Source: Antedon mediterranea | Taxonomy: Eukaryota > Animalia > Echinodermata | Length of the DNA stretch: 64,000 nucleotides | Direction: 5' to 3' | Assembly: GCF_964355755.1 (NCBI RefSeq) | Contig: NC_092670.1 | Span: 34,026,388-34,090,387, forward strand | Part shown: one piece after another, positions 37,601 through 49,910 of the stretch | Position numbering within the stretch: position 1 is the first letter of the stretch | Layout: every line of letters begins with the position of its first letter | The notes under the pieces: generated by a model | Told to the model about the DNA's origin: nothing | Seen by the model: only the letters and a program-made list of their open reading frames with translations | Databases searched by the model: none | Made by a program: the position numbers and the translations under genes

Positions 37601-40600
37601 CTTGCAGCAACTTTCTGAGATACATCCAACAGCTTTTAGGGGATGAAGGAGGCACGATTACAACTGATAAGCTGTCAGAGTTAGCCAATGACCGTTGTGG
37701 CTGGAGAAAGCTAGTAGTCGACTGATTATGATGATGATGCAGTAAAAGAAAGTACCTTGCGCTAATTTTGTTATCTAAACTGTTGTTTTTGCAACAACTT
37801 AAGGATTTATACATACCAACTATTACTGCCGTTGCGTTCAAGTCGGTTTCAAACTGCTTTAACATATACTTTCCCGACAGAAAGAAAAAGCCAGAAATGA
37901 TTGCCACCTCACACGTCAGACCAACCACCATTGACGTAAATGCTGCGTTCTTAAGCAGCCTGCCCAAGGAAAAGCAAAGGCCTACAAAATGAAAAACACA
38001 ACACGTTATAAGGAGAAATAAACCACAAGAAGGCATTACTTGCGTAATTGTATCACGTTTGTTTAGATTCATATACCTTCAACAAAAGTATAATGCATGA
38101 GAACATATTCAGTATGAACGCGTGCTTAACACCAGTATATAATAGTAAGCACGTGTGTATAAATAACATTTACACACGAACGTCATAATAGTATTACGAT
38201 CTGTCGATTAAATAAATAAGAAACTCGAAGTACACGTTTTCAATGACAATGGGTATAAAGAAATCAATAAATTACACTGTCTGAACGCGTGTGTAGTTAA
38301 TGCGTTTAAGGATGTGTTTCCACATAGAACAATTTAAACACGTTATAGTAATAATAAAATAGATGAATAGAAAACTGCTGTAAGCTATAAGTGTTAATTT
38401 TTATTTAATGAAGCAATTTCTGAAATTAATGACATTTTAATACGATGTGATAAGACAATTATTGGAAAATTTGAAAAGGAATCGCTGTAGGCACACGTGG
38501 TTAATGGTTATTAATATAATACGTTTTACGCCAGTAGGTCATTGAAAAATAGTACTGTACTTTTCTGACGGTGTGGCTTATTGAATTTTCAATTTATTTG
38601 GTATTGGATACTGCTTAAATAAATGTCAAAATTATGAGATGACAAATGTTAAAGAAATCTACAATTAATATTGTAAATCTATAAGGTTGCGTATCATTAT
38701 TATATATATATATATATATATTATATAAATCATTATTTTCATTTAGGCCTGGATATTGGGGCCTAGAGATGGGTTCAGAATGTTCGCCAGGGTCTACTGC
38801 TGGTGGACCAATCTCCATACCTCACATGATGAACAAGACCTATAGAGCGCGGCGTGACAGACGAAATACACGATACTTGTTTACAGACCTTTGAGACATC
38901 CCTTTTCTCCGGCGTTGTCTCGTTTCTTTACAATTAGCCGGTAAGCAACATCTTCTTCCCCATCAATATCGTCATCGTGTGCGTTGGGTAGCAGGCTCTT
39001 TGGGAAGAACATTAGCGGGAAACTTAACAAGATAATGAAACCACCGCCTGCCACGAACCCTAGCCACCAGGCTCCAACAGAATCGGTGTCACGTTCGTCA
39101 CCTGCTTCTCTTGGCATATAAAATTCAACTGGAATGTCGAGGCAGAATTGCCAAGCGAAGTACCCTGCCATAGGTCCAACCACCAAAGCAATGATAAAGA
39201 CACCTGTAATTAAACAAATTGTTTATTTTTATATACTTTATAACACTGAGCCAGTGAGACATGGTACATTATTATTATTATTATTCATAAATTCAAAATT
39301 AATGTAAATGCGCGTCAGCCTCGGTGTGTTTGAAATTACGAACAATACTGTGTTATATCAATATTAATTATACGGATTTGTTGAATTTACAAATTTATGG
39401 TATTTTCATTGTTTATTGTCAAACATGCTATCATCGCCTTTGCCAGAGTGTACAATACATATGGCATCAACATAGGTATATCAAGGCTGAATACGTTTTT
39501 TTAACAAAGTTACCATGGACATTAATAAGCTAATTATACAATTCACGAGTAAGCCACGGCTGAAAATTAAATTAGTATTGTTCATTTTTAACAGATGGGT
39601 AAATAACACATTCTTAGGACTTCTTAAATGTTTACCAATCATGTGTTTACTTATTTCATTCAAGCCTAGAGAGATAGGCTACAGATAATTTATTTTCGAT
39701 TGAAATTCTCAGTGCGCTGTTGTTACACTAATTAGTGCCTAAATAAAAAGTGGCTTTTTAAATCATGTCGCATATTACGCGAGTACCACTCGCGTTCCTC
39801 GGCGTTTTTGCTTCAAATATCACACGATACCACTCGTGTTCTTGCGTTCATTCAATAACACGTGTATATAGGCTACTATTATACTCGTGTCACGTTTCCC
39901 CACCTTGACTTGCATTTTGTGTATTGTTTACTTTGTTATTATGGAAAAGAAGAGAACGTTCCTTTAGATCACTCACGTTTCCTGTCAAATATCACACGCG
40001 TACCACTCGTGTCTTCGCTAACATTCAAAGTGTAGGCCTATACGAGTCTCATTTTGTAAGCAACACCGTTGGGAATTTATGTAGTCTAGATTCCAGACGG
40101 AGTTTGGACTTAATATCATTAGTTAAAAGATAAATATTTTGACATATATGACGTTTCATACGTGAACTAGATCAAAAATCATCGAAATAACTACAGACTT
40201 GGGACAAGCCTATCTTGAATTGTGTATTGTTTATTTTGTTAAATGAAAACGAATGTTTTATTTAAATCACACGCGTATTGTCGCGTTTCCTGCCAAATAT
40301 CACACGCGTACCAGTCGTGTCCTCGCTATCATTCAAAGTGTATTACAGTAGGCCTTCACGTCACGTCTCGTTTTGTAAGCTGTTGGCCTATGGTTTATGT
40401 TATTATGAAGCTAATACACTAATAACATTTTTATATTAGGCATAAAAGAAAAACATCTGTTTTATATTACCATGTTTATGAATACATAATTTTATTGGCT
40501 AAACGTAGGCGAGATTAACGAACGTTTATATTTCGTACCGGTAGGCCTTCTATATAATCATGCGTGTTTATAGACGTACGTCCATACACAAGACTGCAAA

Positions 40601-42735
40601 AGGTTAACACGCTTATTTTCATAATTATGTAAGATTTAATCAGATTTCTACTGTTGTATGCAAAAAAGCTTTTGACACGACGTCACATCGATCACGCGGA
40701 GATTTTAATTAAGGAAAGTTGACGGATGCTAATCGAATATTCCATGCTCATCTTAGGGATTATTATAAAAGAAAGAGTAATTAAAATGAAGCGTTGCAAA
40801 GGAAAAGTAATGGATGTTATAGGCAGAGTGTAGGAAAAGGTGTGTTACAGTATAGGAATTGTGTGGGGGAAAAGTGTTAGATGGAGAGAGTGATAGATAT
40901 TATAGGAAGAGTGTAGGAAAAGAAATGTTAAAGGTAGAGTGTTAAAGCAGGTAACAAAAGAGCGTTACGATGAAGAGTGTTATATGGACCGTAAAGAGTG
41001 TGTTAAAAAAGGTTAAAAGGAAGTTAAAGGGTTTGAAGGTAGAATGTAGAGAGAATGGGTGTTTAAAGGGAGAGTGCAGATTAAAGGAGAAGTGGTGTTA
41101 TGGATAAAGGGAGAGTGCAGGTTAAAGGAGGAGTGGCGTTAAGGATAAAGGGAGAGTGCAGGTTAAAGGAGGAGTGGTGTTACGGATAAAGGGAGAGTGC
41201 AGGTTAAAGAGTGAGTGAGTGGCCGAGCGGTTAAGACAGTGGAACCGTAATCACGTAGCCATAACATCGGCAGGGGTTCGAGGCTCACTCACTCCATGGT
41301 TCTGGTGGTAGAACGAGTCTTCTCGGATAAGGACTATAAACCGTAGGTCCAGTGTACACAACTTGCTCGTGTGCACTTTAAAGAACCTAGTACATCTTTC
41401 GAGACGAGTAGGGGGTTACCCCGGTGTATTAGTACATCACAGCCACTGATCACCAACTGGGCCCTCTGGGAGATCAGTCTTTGACTGAAGAGGTCACCCA
41501 GTATAAAAATAAAACAAACAAACAAACAAACAAAGGAGAAGTGGTGTTAAGGATGAAGGGAGAGTGCGGGTTAAAGGAAGAGTGGTGTTATGGATAAAGG
41601 GAGAGTGCAGGTTAAAGGAGGAGTGGTGTTATGGATAAAGAGAGTGTCAACTCAGATTAAAAGAACACTTTTAAGGAAGAGTATTAACGAAGAGTATTAA
41701 AGAAAGCGACAATCAAATAAACGATGTTAAAGAAGGAAAAGTTACCTATAAGAAATGTATTAATTAATAAATAAAGAGCATTTTTATAGGAAGACTTTTA
41801 AAGGAAGACTTTCAAAGGTTATAATATAAAGGTAATGGTTTCACAACGCTTGTGTGTCTCCCACGTGGTGTTGAATGAATATTAATCGAAAATTTAAATT
41901 ATGAGTCATACCTACATCACCTACACGCGGAATATATATTTACGACTTATAACTTACCAACCACCATTGACGTATATGCTTTATCGATTCCGTCATCAAG
42001 ATACATTACGGAAAGCGGTAAAATTGGACCTATTCCGATTCCGCACAAGACCTGACCGACGATGACCAACACGGCCCTTGACAGTTCAGAAGACGATACA
42101 AAAATATTATTTTCTGGACAATTATCATCATGTAGGCCTATTATTTCATGTGCATTATCGCCAGTGGCAGAGCATAACAGTTTGTTCGTAATTTCTCCGT
42201 AAATGTCAGTTAGAGGTATTGCTTCTTCGGTGGTGGTGGTGATCGTTGCGTTAGATAAGCCAACGTCAAGTTCGGAGATTGAGGGATCATCTTGAACAAA
42301 ATGCGGTAAACCGCAACAGATGATGCCGACTCCGCATATGAATGCACCTAGACTGATCACCCTTGGTGGGTGAGACCTAGACCCACAATAACATGCAAAT
42401 ATTAAAGTAAGGACTGTCGCAGCGTCTCGAATGTACATAATGCATAATGCTGTTCCGTGAGTTATATCAAAACGGGTCTGTATTGCATTAAGAACACCGT
42501 CGTAATACGAATGCACTATAGCTCCGTAGGTTGCTATTATAAAACAAATAAGTATGGTGAAAACGACATGTCTGTACGGAGATCGACACTTCCGATTTCT
42601 AGCCCGTAAATTCCTAGATGCTGCACGGCTATTCTGTCTGTTTAGTCCTTCAAGGTGATAGTTATTATCCTCCACTGGCGGGCTGTAATGCCAACTGCTT
42701 CGGACTTCTAGCCCTCCTGCCTGTTCACTTGACAT
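31378..42735 (-). CDS. Organic anion transporting polypeptide (OATP/SLCO family), 8 coding exons, 719 aa
   Basis: Exons 42735-41958, 39203-38889, 37981-37817, 34919-34712, 34233-34065, 33521-33328, 32270-32206 and 31643-31378; all GT-AG, phases compatible, 2160 nt without stops. Motifs: LPHF, GQ..G.G, YLDD, GAWWLGF, Kazal-like CGC..YEPVC..GITYVSPCHAGC, and C...G.CLLYD...RY. Confidence 0.93.
32206..32270 (-). CDS. SLCO coding exon 7
   Basis: SVHQYDRAMAVGVTSLMLRVF. Confidence 0.85.
32376..32475 (+). repeat. 15-16 bp tandem repeat GACGATTCGGCCC (probably a transposon subterminal array)
   Basis: Six copies; related motifs at ~32860-32895. Confidence 0.6.
33328..33521 (-). CDS. SLCO coding exon 6
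   Basis: IYTACQCV...AFEGPCQPEPVC...NPAFVVVVR. Confidence 0.87.
34065..34233 (-). CDS. SLCO coding exon 5 (Kazal-like loop)
   Basis: CNEGCGCDDHVYEPVCDGNGITYVSPCHAGC. Confidence 0.9.
34712..34919 (-). CDS. SLCO coding exon 4
   Basis: LPGIIFGQIIGGYIVRKWRL...LIGCGNPKIAG; GT-AG. Confidence 0.88.
35402..35677. repeat. 60-bp minisatellite, ~4.5 copies
   Basis: AACCATGTTTTCATATGTTTCTGGTACACACTACGGCACTGATTCAGTACGATTCTAATACAGCAGCCT-type unit repeated nearly perfectly. Confidence 0.9.
35872..36055. repeat. Degenerate (GAT)n microsatellite
   Basis: Seen directly. Confidence 0.85.
37817..37981 (-). CDS. SLCO coding exon 3
   Basis: RLLKNAAF...SGFFFLSGKYMLKQF; GT-AG. Confidence 0.88.
38889..39203 (-). 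CDS. SLCO coding exon 2
   Basis: VVGPMAGY...VGAWWLGF...FFPKSL. Confidence 0.9.
41060..41645. repeat. 39-bp purine-rich minisatellite interrupted by a SINE
   Basis: GGAGTGGTGTTATGGATAAAGGGAGAGTGCAGGTTAAAG units on both sides of 41209-41531. Confidence 0.8.
41209..41531 (+). mobile_element. Full-length tRNA-derived SINE with a central domain resembling Deu/Nin-type SINE cores
   Basis: A box TGGCCGAGCGG, B box GGTTCGAGGC, body, (AAAC)n tail; relatives at 28111, ~44670-44835, ~45735-45825 (-) and ~56028-56235 (-). The core assignment is from memory and tentative. Confidence 0.85.
41958..42735 (-). CDS. SLCO coding exon 1
   Basis: MSSEQAGG...IQTRFDI...GLPHF...MYLDDGIDKAYTSMVV; GTAAG donor. Confidence 0.9.
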
Positions 42736-44830
42736 TTTAAATGAGAAACGGTGAGCGGGAAAAGCTGATCTAACAACGCGATTCAACGCCAGTATAATCT
42801 AATAAAAATTTACATCTGAACGCTATCAGAAATCAAACAAAAGCTATCCAATGTTTACCGTCCGTCCTTCCTTGAACAACGCAGCCTTCTCACCGTAAAC
42901 ATGACCTATAGTAAAGCAAGCCTGCATTAACTAACTCATCAGCATACCACTTGGGAGGCTAGACGCTGGGTTTGTAACAACACAAATGAAATCACATGAA
43001 CATCGAAAACAACACAAAAAACCACTGCACATATGTGAATCCTATTAAACCATTCTATTGATGTAAATCTGCCGTGACGAGTCATTTATTGTACGGGAAG
43101 CATACGAGGCTTATGCATTAGACAATCCATTATTAGTTGCAATTGCTTGATACTTCTGTACAGTACGATTGACATAGATTCCCGTTATTTTGTTTTTCCA
43201 GTCATGCATACGTAACATTTATTGTTCGTGGTTGGTCATGGCATTATGATTTTCTATCACTTGCTCAATCAAATAATAAATGAATGGTTGCTCTTATAAC
43301 AGCCAGTCCAACCTATATACACTGTTTTCGTATAGGATTTATTTAACTAGCTAAACTAATCGTCGCACGTATTGATGTAAATTAATGCACTCCTCTTGTG
43401 GTGGCGCAATTCGTTATAGTGTGTTCACACAAGAGGGGTATGGCGTTTTGTACTTTTTCGAGGTGCAAACAAACTGTGCACGAAACCACGGGGTTATAGG
43501 TACCATACACACCACTGAAGAAATGACCCAATCATGAATTAGAAATTAACAATATAAATTCTAGGAATGCAACCAATGGAAGTACATCAATCCGTTGGGT
43601 TTTATTCGTCTTATTCATCATTTCATTTCATTTTTTATTCGGTCTATTTCAGTATGTACATAGCAAAAAAAAATGAAAACCTAAGTGAACCTCTTGGCTC
43701 AACCCCAAAGTCAGTTTACACATAGAGATACAAAATACAGTTAGGCCTAAAGAGAATCAAAATAGACCGAATACATTCATGAACTTTTCTAATGAAGGAC
43801 TGATGAATACATCTGGGATGCAATTAAACACCAACTTATCATCAGGCCTATTATACAAATTAACGAATCAAAATTTCCGCTGGAAAGATCAACTGACTTT
43901 TGAGAAAGATGGCTTATGGGATTTTTTTTATATTCGAAACCAGTATTCTCTATATTTTGCTATAGCCTAAACAAAACAAACTATCATATTATGTTTATAT
44001 AAATGTATTTTAATATATCAATCCATTATTTAGAGAGAATACACGGGTCATCAGTATTAGAAGGATACCCTGAATGTTATTGGGACATTTTGAAAGGCGA
44101 CTAAAAATCATTAACATTTTATTAGTAAAAAATACACCAAAACAATCGTCCTTTATGATATTGTGGTGATTATTAATCGCGAAAACATCGAATTGAGACT
44201 CTAGAACGCGACACTAGTTTATTCCTGATGCTAAATTGTAACCTAATTTTGCATTTACAACGCCCCCCTTGGTGATTACCGACCTACCAAAAAAAATGTA
44301 TATATTTCACATTTAAATGTCATTTTCGGGCTTCATTGAAGTATTGTGGATCATCGAATTATTCCAGTTAGGCCTATATTCTCGACTCTGATGCATAAGT
44401 TGGGGACACTATAGGCCTATACATAATGAACCAATTGATGTGATTGCGTCCAGATATCTTAGGCCTACAAGATATGGATTTTTTTCAAATCTCTGACCGT
44501 TATTTACAAGACTTATTCGACTTACTGAGGTAAGTTTATACAATTAAGTAGCAGCTTTAAATTAATAATTTAAAAAAAACGGGTGTTGTATTTTGCATTC
44601 AGACTTAGGTCTGCCAGCATAATAGGCCTACATCTTCCAGGTGATAATATATCTGCGTAGTAACTCATGTCAAATGGCCGAGCGGTTAAGGCAGGTGCGC
44701 CGTTTACCGCGTACCTAAAGAGCCGCCCACCGGGCATCGTGGGTTCGAGGCCCACTCAGCTCCTAGTTCTGGTAGAGGAAAAGTTTTATAAACCGTAGGT
44801 CTAGTGTACACACAAGGCCTTGTGCACTTT

Positions 44831-45698
44831 TAACAACGCCATATACATGGCTGCAGTCGCGTGCACAAATGTTAGTGTTTACCGATCGACAGACCGACTG
44901 ACCGACCAAGCGGCCATTAGACGGACTTAGGGCGCGTTTATACAACACGCTATTACACGCATATTCTACACGCCTACGAAAAGTGTGTTGTATAACAACA
45001 AAGAGATTCCGTGTAATGAGATTTTAATTGCAAAAAAGGCTACTTGGCTGAATCCTAAAATTTGGTGGATTCCCGGTCGCCGTTACCGTGTTGGAAGTGT
45101 CCTCAGGGTATATTTTGACCTCTTGTTAAAACAGGTCGTAATATCAATCATTGCTAACAAGATTGGGCCCATTTATTGCTGCTTCGCTGCCAGCAATCAT
45201 CCTCCTACCACGTCTTTACGCCTAGCCTAGGGCCAACTCGTAGTGGTAGTAGGCCTCTATCGTTTCCCACTCCAAACAGAATAAAAAAAATAACATCGCA
45301 AAAATGGCATCTTCTTCCATAGTGTATAGATGAAACAATGAAACCCTTAAAATAACTTTTATTAATTTAAATGAACAAAGAACAAAATAAACAACAATGC
45401 AAACGTGAACGAATACAATATAATGAAAATGGTAAAAACCGCGCGAATACATCGGACAGCGAGGAGGCGACGATGATTGTTGACAACTCAGCCAATTCAA
45501 GCGCGATCAACGATTTGACCTTTTATCCTAGCATGCACTGCGTGTTGATGAAACTTCCGGTATAACACGGTATCGTGATTTCTAGTATAACAGCAAACGT
45601 TAAGGTGGGTTGACCTCGGTCCAAACAACACGCTAAAAATTAAAGCCGTGTTCAAATTTAGGGTGTTGTATAAACACGACCATAGTGAACTCTAAAAA
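44831..45698 (-). mobile_element. Mini HINE (same family as 4952-5061) split by a ~750-bp MITE at 44930-45681
   Basis: MITE TIRs GGGCGCGTTTATACAACACGCTA / TAGGGTGTTGTATAAACACGACC with TTA/ATA flanks; the HINE halves rejoin as GACGGAC-ATA-GTGAAC. Confidence 0.7.
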
Positions 45699-46004
45699 AC
45701 TCAGTTCGTCAATCGAGAGTAAAAAAAGTAATATAGTCCTTATCTGAGAAGACTCGTTCTATCATCAGAACCATGGAGCGAGTGAGCTTAACCATGACCG
45801 TAATTATGGCTACGTAATTACGGTGGTGTAAATGGATAGCTGACAATTCTAGTCTCCCCCTCAGTGTTCTCTTTTTATGTATCACAAAAATAAATAAATA
45901 AAACTAGAGTCCGAAAATTAGAATCTGCGAATTTGTAGGCCTAGTTGGCAAACTGGGACTTACAATTTGTGGTGATATATTTGAAATAGCATTAATTATA
46001 ATTA

Positions 46005-47336
46005 CTAGATGGTACGCTCGCTTCCTCGATGGTTCTCGAATATATAATAATTTCAGCGCTAAAAAACTGGCGATTTCAAATGTACGTACCGCAGGACAAT
46101 AATACATGTCGTTTACAGGAACGATAAAATAGACACTGTGATTTATGTACTCAACTAAAATTAGCACCATGGGAATTACTTCCGAAAGAGATAAATTGTT
46201 TAAGTCAAATTTAAACAAACTTAATTTGTGTTTTGTATGTAACATAGGGTTGAGGGATGGGGAAGAGGATGGGTGGAAAGAGGAACAATTTTTAAATAAT
46301 TATATTCTTTATCCATTTAGTAACGAAATATTAATTGTTTTCATGTTTTACAAATAATATACCACTAAACACAGTAAAACATTGCGATGTAATACTTTGT
46401 TGAAACTATCACCGTCCTACCTAGTCGATTGAAATAGTAGTACAATACATGTAACGATACATCACTACGACGTCAGACAATGTATATGTTTACATAATGT
46501 AAAACAATTTGTGAAAACCACCTCTATTCGGGGCAAATCATAAATTCGATTTAATCGTCAATAATTATTAAATTATCTAACTCAAGTTAATTAGTAGGCC
46601 TAATGGTTTTCAATTGTTTCTTAGAGCCAATTCATACTAAAGTTGGTTCCTACCCTACCCACCAAAGTTGTTCTGCGTTTAGGGCATGTGATGTACCGTA
46701 GGCCGACTCTCTACTGGTTTTACAACGCTACTCATGCAAGCAACAAGGGAAGATTACCCGTTAAAAAAAAATCTATATCCAACCTTTTTAGAAAAAACAA
46801 ATGGATCGAATATCTGTAACAGTACTTGCCTTTACGACGCCTGAGGGAATATACACTTGTGGAACAGAGATGGGAATGTTCCATTCATCGCAAATAAATA
46901 CATTTGTAAAAACGTATATAAAATCCATCAAAATAGTATTTTTTAAAGAAAATCGGCCTGTCTTCAACATTATGATGCTGTACTCGAGCTGTTCAACCGG
47001 TTTTCAGCGATTAAAAACAATTATCGTAGGAGGAGATAGGAAAATGCGAAGCATCCTCGTATTATTGTATGCGGGTATTTTTCAAGGTTGGACATGCATT
47101 AGACAGTGTATACAACGATCGGAAAACACCCCTATTTGGAGCAAATCGTTGAACCTAAATTCGTTTTAATCGTCAATAACTAATTATCGAACTCAATTCA
47201 ATTAGTAAACAGGGTTACATCAGGTGGTTAAAATCAGTATCGAAAGTACGAACCAACTTTATATACCATCGAGTAAACATTCTAGAAATAACGCGCGATT
47301 TACCGAATTTTGCCCTTACGTAAATTTATATATAGA
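46005..47336 (-). mobile_element. Helitron H1 copy (variant subfamily)
   Basis: TC start at 47336, CTAG end at 46005; internal deletions. Confidence 0.87.
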
Positions 47337-48778
47337 CTAGATGGTACGCTCGCTTCGCTCGCGTACCATCTAGGTCGTGCCCACAGATGGTTCTCGAATA
47401 CATAATAATTTCAGCGTTAAAAAACTGGCGATTTCAAATGTACGTACCGCAGGACAATAATACATGTCGTTTACAGGAACGAATAAATAGACACTGTGAT
47501 TTATGTACTCAACTAAAATTAGCACCCTATTACTTCCGAAAGAGAAACTTGTCACAAATAAGACCAATTGTTTAAGTCAAATTTAAACAAACTTAATTTG
47601 TGTTTTGTATGTAACATTAGGGTTGAGGGATGGGGAAGAGGATGGGTGCAAAGAGGAACAATGTTAAAATATATTCTTTATCCATTTAGTAACGAAATAT
47701 TAATTGCTTTCATGTTTTACAAATAATATACCACTAAACACAGTAAAACATTGCGATGTAATACTTTGTTGAAACTATCACCGTCCTAGTCGATTGAAAT
47801 AGTACAGCACATGTAACGATACATCACTACGACGTGTATATGTTTATAATATAATGTAAAACAATTTGTGAAAACCACCTCTATTCGGGGAAAATCATAA
47901 ATTCGATTTAATCGTCAATAAATATTAAATTATCTAACTCAACTTAATTAGTAGGCCTAATGGTTTTCAATTGTTTCTTAGAGCCAATTCATACTTAAGT
48001 TGGTTCCTACCCTACCCACCAAAGTTGTTCTGCGTTTAGGGCATGTGATGTACCGTAGGCCTATTCTCTACTGGTTTTACAACGCTACTCATGCCAGTGA
48101 GGGAAAGGTGATGATGTGGTTGGTTTAACTGCAATAATAAAGATTTGTACATACTATACGGCAAGTGAAAACGCTAGCTCATTATCCGTTTAAAAAAAAT
48201 TATATCCAACCTCTGCAGCACAGATTGAAAACAAAAATGGATCGAATTTCGAGTATAAAGTACTGTACTTGCCTTTAACGACGCCTGAGGGAATAGACAC
48301 TTGTGAAACAGAGATTGGAATGTTCCATTCATCGCAAATCAATACATTTGTATAATCGTATATCCAATCTATCAAAATAGTATTTTTTTAAGAAAATCGG
48401 CCTGTCTTCAACATTATGATGCTGTACTCTCGCTGTTCAACCGGTTTTCAGCTATTAAAAACAATTATCGTGGGAGGAGATAGGAAAATGCGAAGCCTCC
48501 TCGCATTTTTGTGGCGGGTATTTTTCAAGATGGACATCCATTAGACAGTGTATACCACGATCGGAAAACACCCCTATTTGGGGCAAATCGTTGAACCTAA
48601 ATTCGTTTTAATCGTCAATAACTAATTATCTAACTTAATTTAATTAGTAAACAGGGTTACATCAGGTGGTTAAAATCAGTACCGAAAGTACGAACCAACT
48701 TTACATACCATCGAGTAAAAATTCTAGAAGTAAGGCGCGATTTACCGAATTTTGCCCTTACGTAAATTTATATATAGA
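47337..48778 (-). mobile_element. Helitron H1 copy, head-to-tail with the previous copy
   Basis: A|TCTATATATA start, full 3' hairpin, CTAG|TC junction. Confidence 0.9.
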
Positions 48779-49910
48779 TGCTAGTTACAATTAAAATACA
48801 GAATTCATGGATTGGTACATGAATGCCAAAAATTTCAAAATAACATATGAATCTCTTGGTGCAAATTTTGCAACCAAACAGTAATTTTTAATATGTACCT
48901 ATTGAGCTGTTTATCTACTTATAAGTTCATACCAAGTTCATGCAACCCAAGTCTTGTCATCGTCCATTATATTGGGGGTCAACCATTATGAATACAACTA
49001 ATTTCCACAATGATTGATTATATTTTTTAACTAAAGAAATTAAAATGACATTAACTAGTATAGTATGAACATTTCCAGACTTTGTAATAATTACCATCTA
49101 TTCATTAAACAAACCAAGTCACAGAAAGATAAACATAACCATTACCCGAATGAAAATGGTAGATCCCAGCTCGCTATCATTAAAACATAGGTGTCTTAAT
49201 TTGGCAATTGTGAATATAAAACACGACATATAGAACTAAATAACACCTAACAATTGTTCCTTATATATCAAACATTAGAATGATATAAAAATTAAAATGC
49301 TACTTACAATTATATAATGAAAAAATTAACCCCAAACTTAGCTACAATCCAACGGTCTGTCAAGTGAAGGCTTCATAACACAGGCAAACCCTATTTGAAT
49401 TTTGCCGCCTTTTTGAGCATTTTTTAGATTTTTTCAAAATAGATTTTGCTATTTTGACACAGTCTATTTTAAGCCAATGCTCATAAGAAAAGTATGTAAG
49501 GAATCTATGAATATTCAGCTTTCTTTTAAGAAACTATCCAAAATGATTGATGGCCTACAAGTGATCTTAAATTGCAAATAAAACACTGTGGTGCTTTAGA
49601 AAATAGGTAAAAAATTGACCTCACACTGTCAGCGGGCAATGGATGGTGAGTTTTAAAACGTAAAATGACACATACTTTTTGTAACTTTACAATTTCAAAC
49701 ATATATCATAATGTTCAGTATTGTCTACAGTTTATTTTGAGCTACTATCCAAAAAAATCCGATTTATAATAGCCGAGATATTTAGGTGGGAACATGAAAA
49801 TCAAGTGTTTTGTAGAATATCACGATGCGAAATCAGTGGTATCCATGTCCCAGTGGAGTGTGTTGGGGCAATTTAGCTATTTCGTTGCTCAAGAGATTCA
49901 TATGATGTGT

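Noticed and set aside
46801-47169. 122-aa ORF
   Set aside because: Lies within a non-autonomous Helitron; no recognisable domain.
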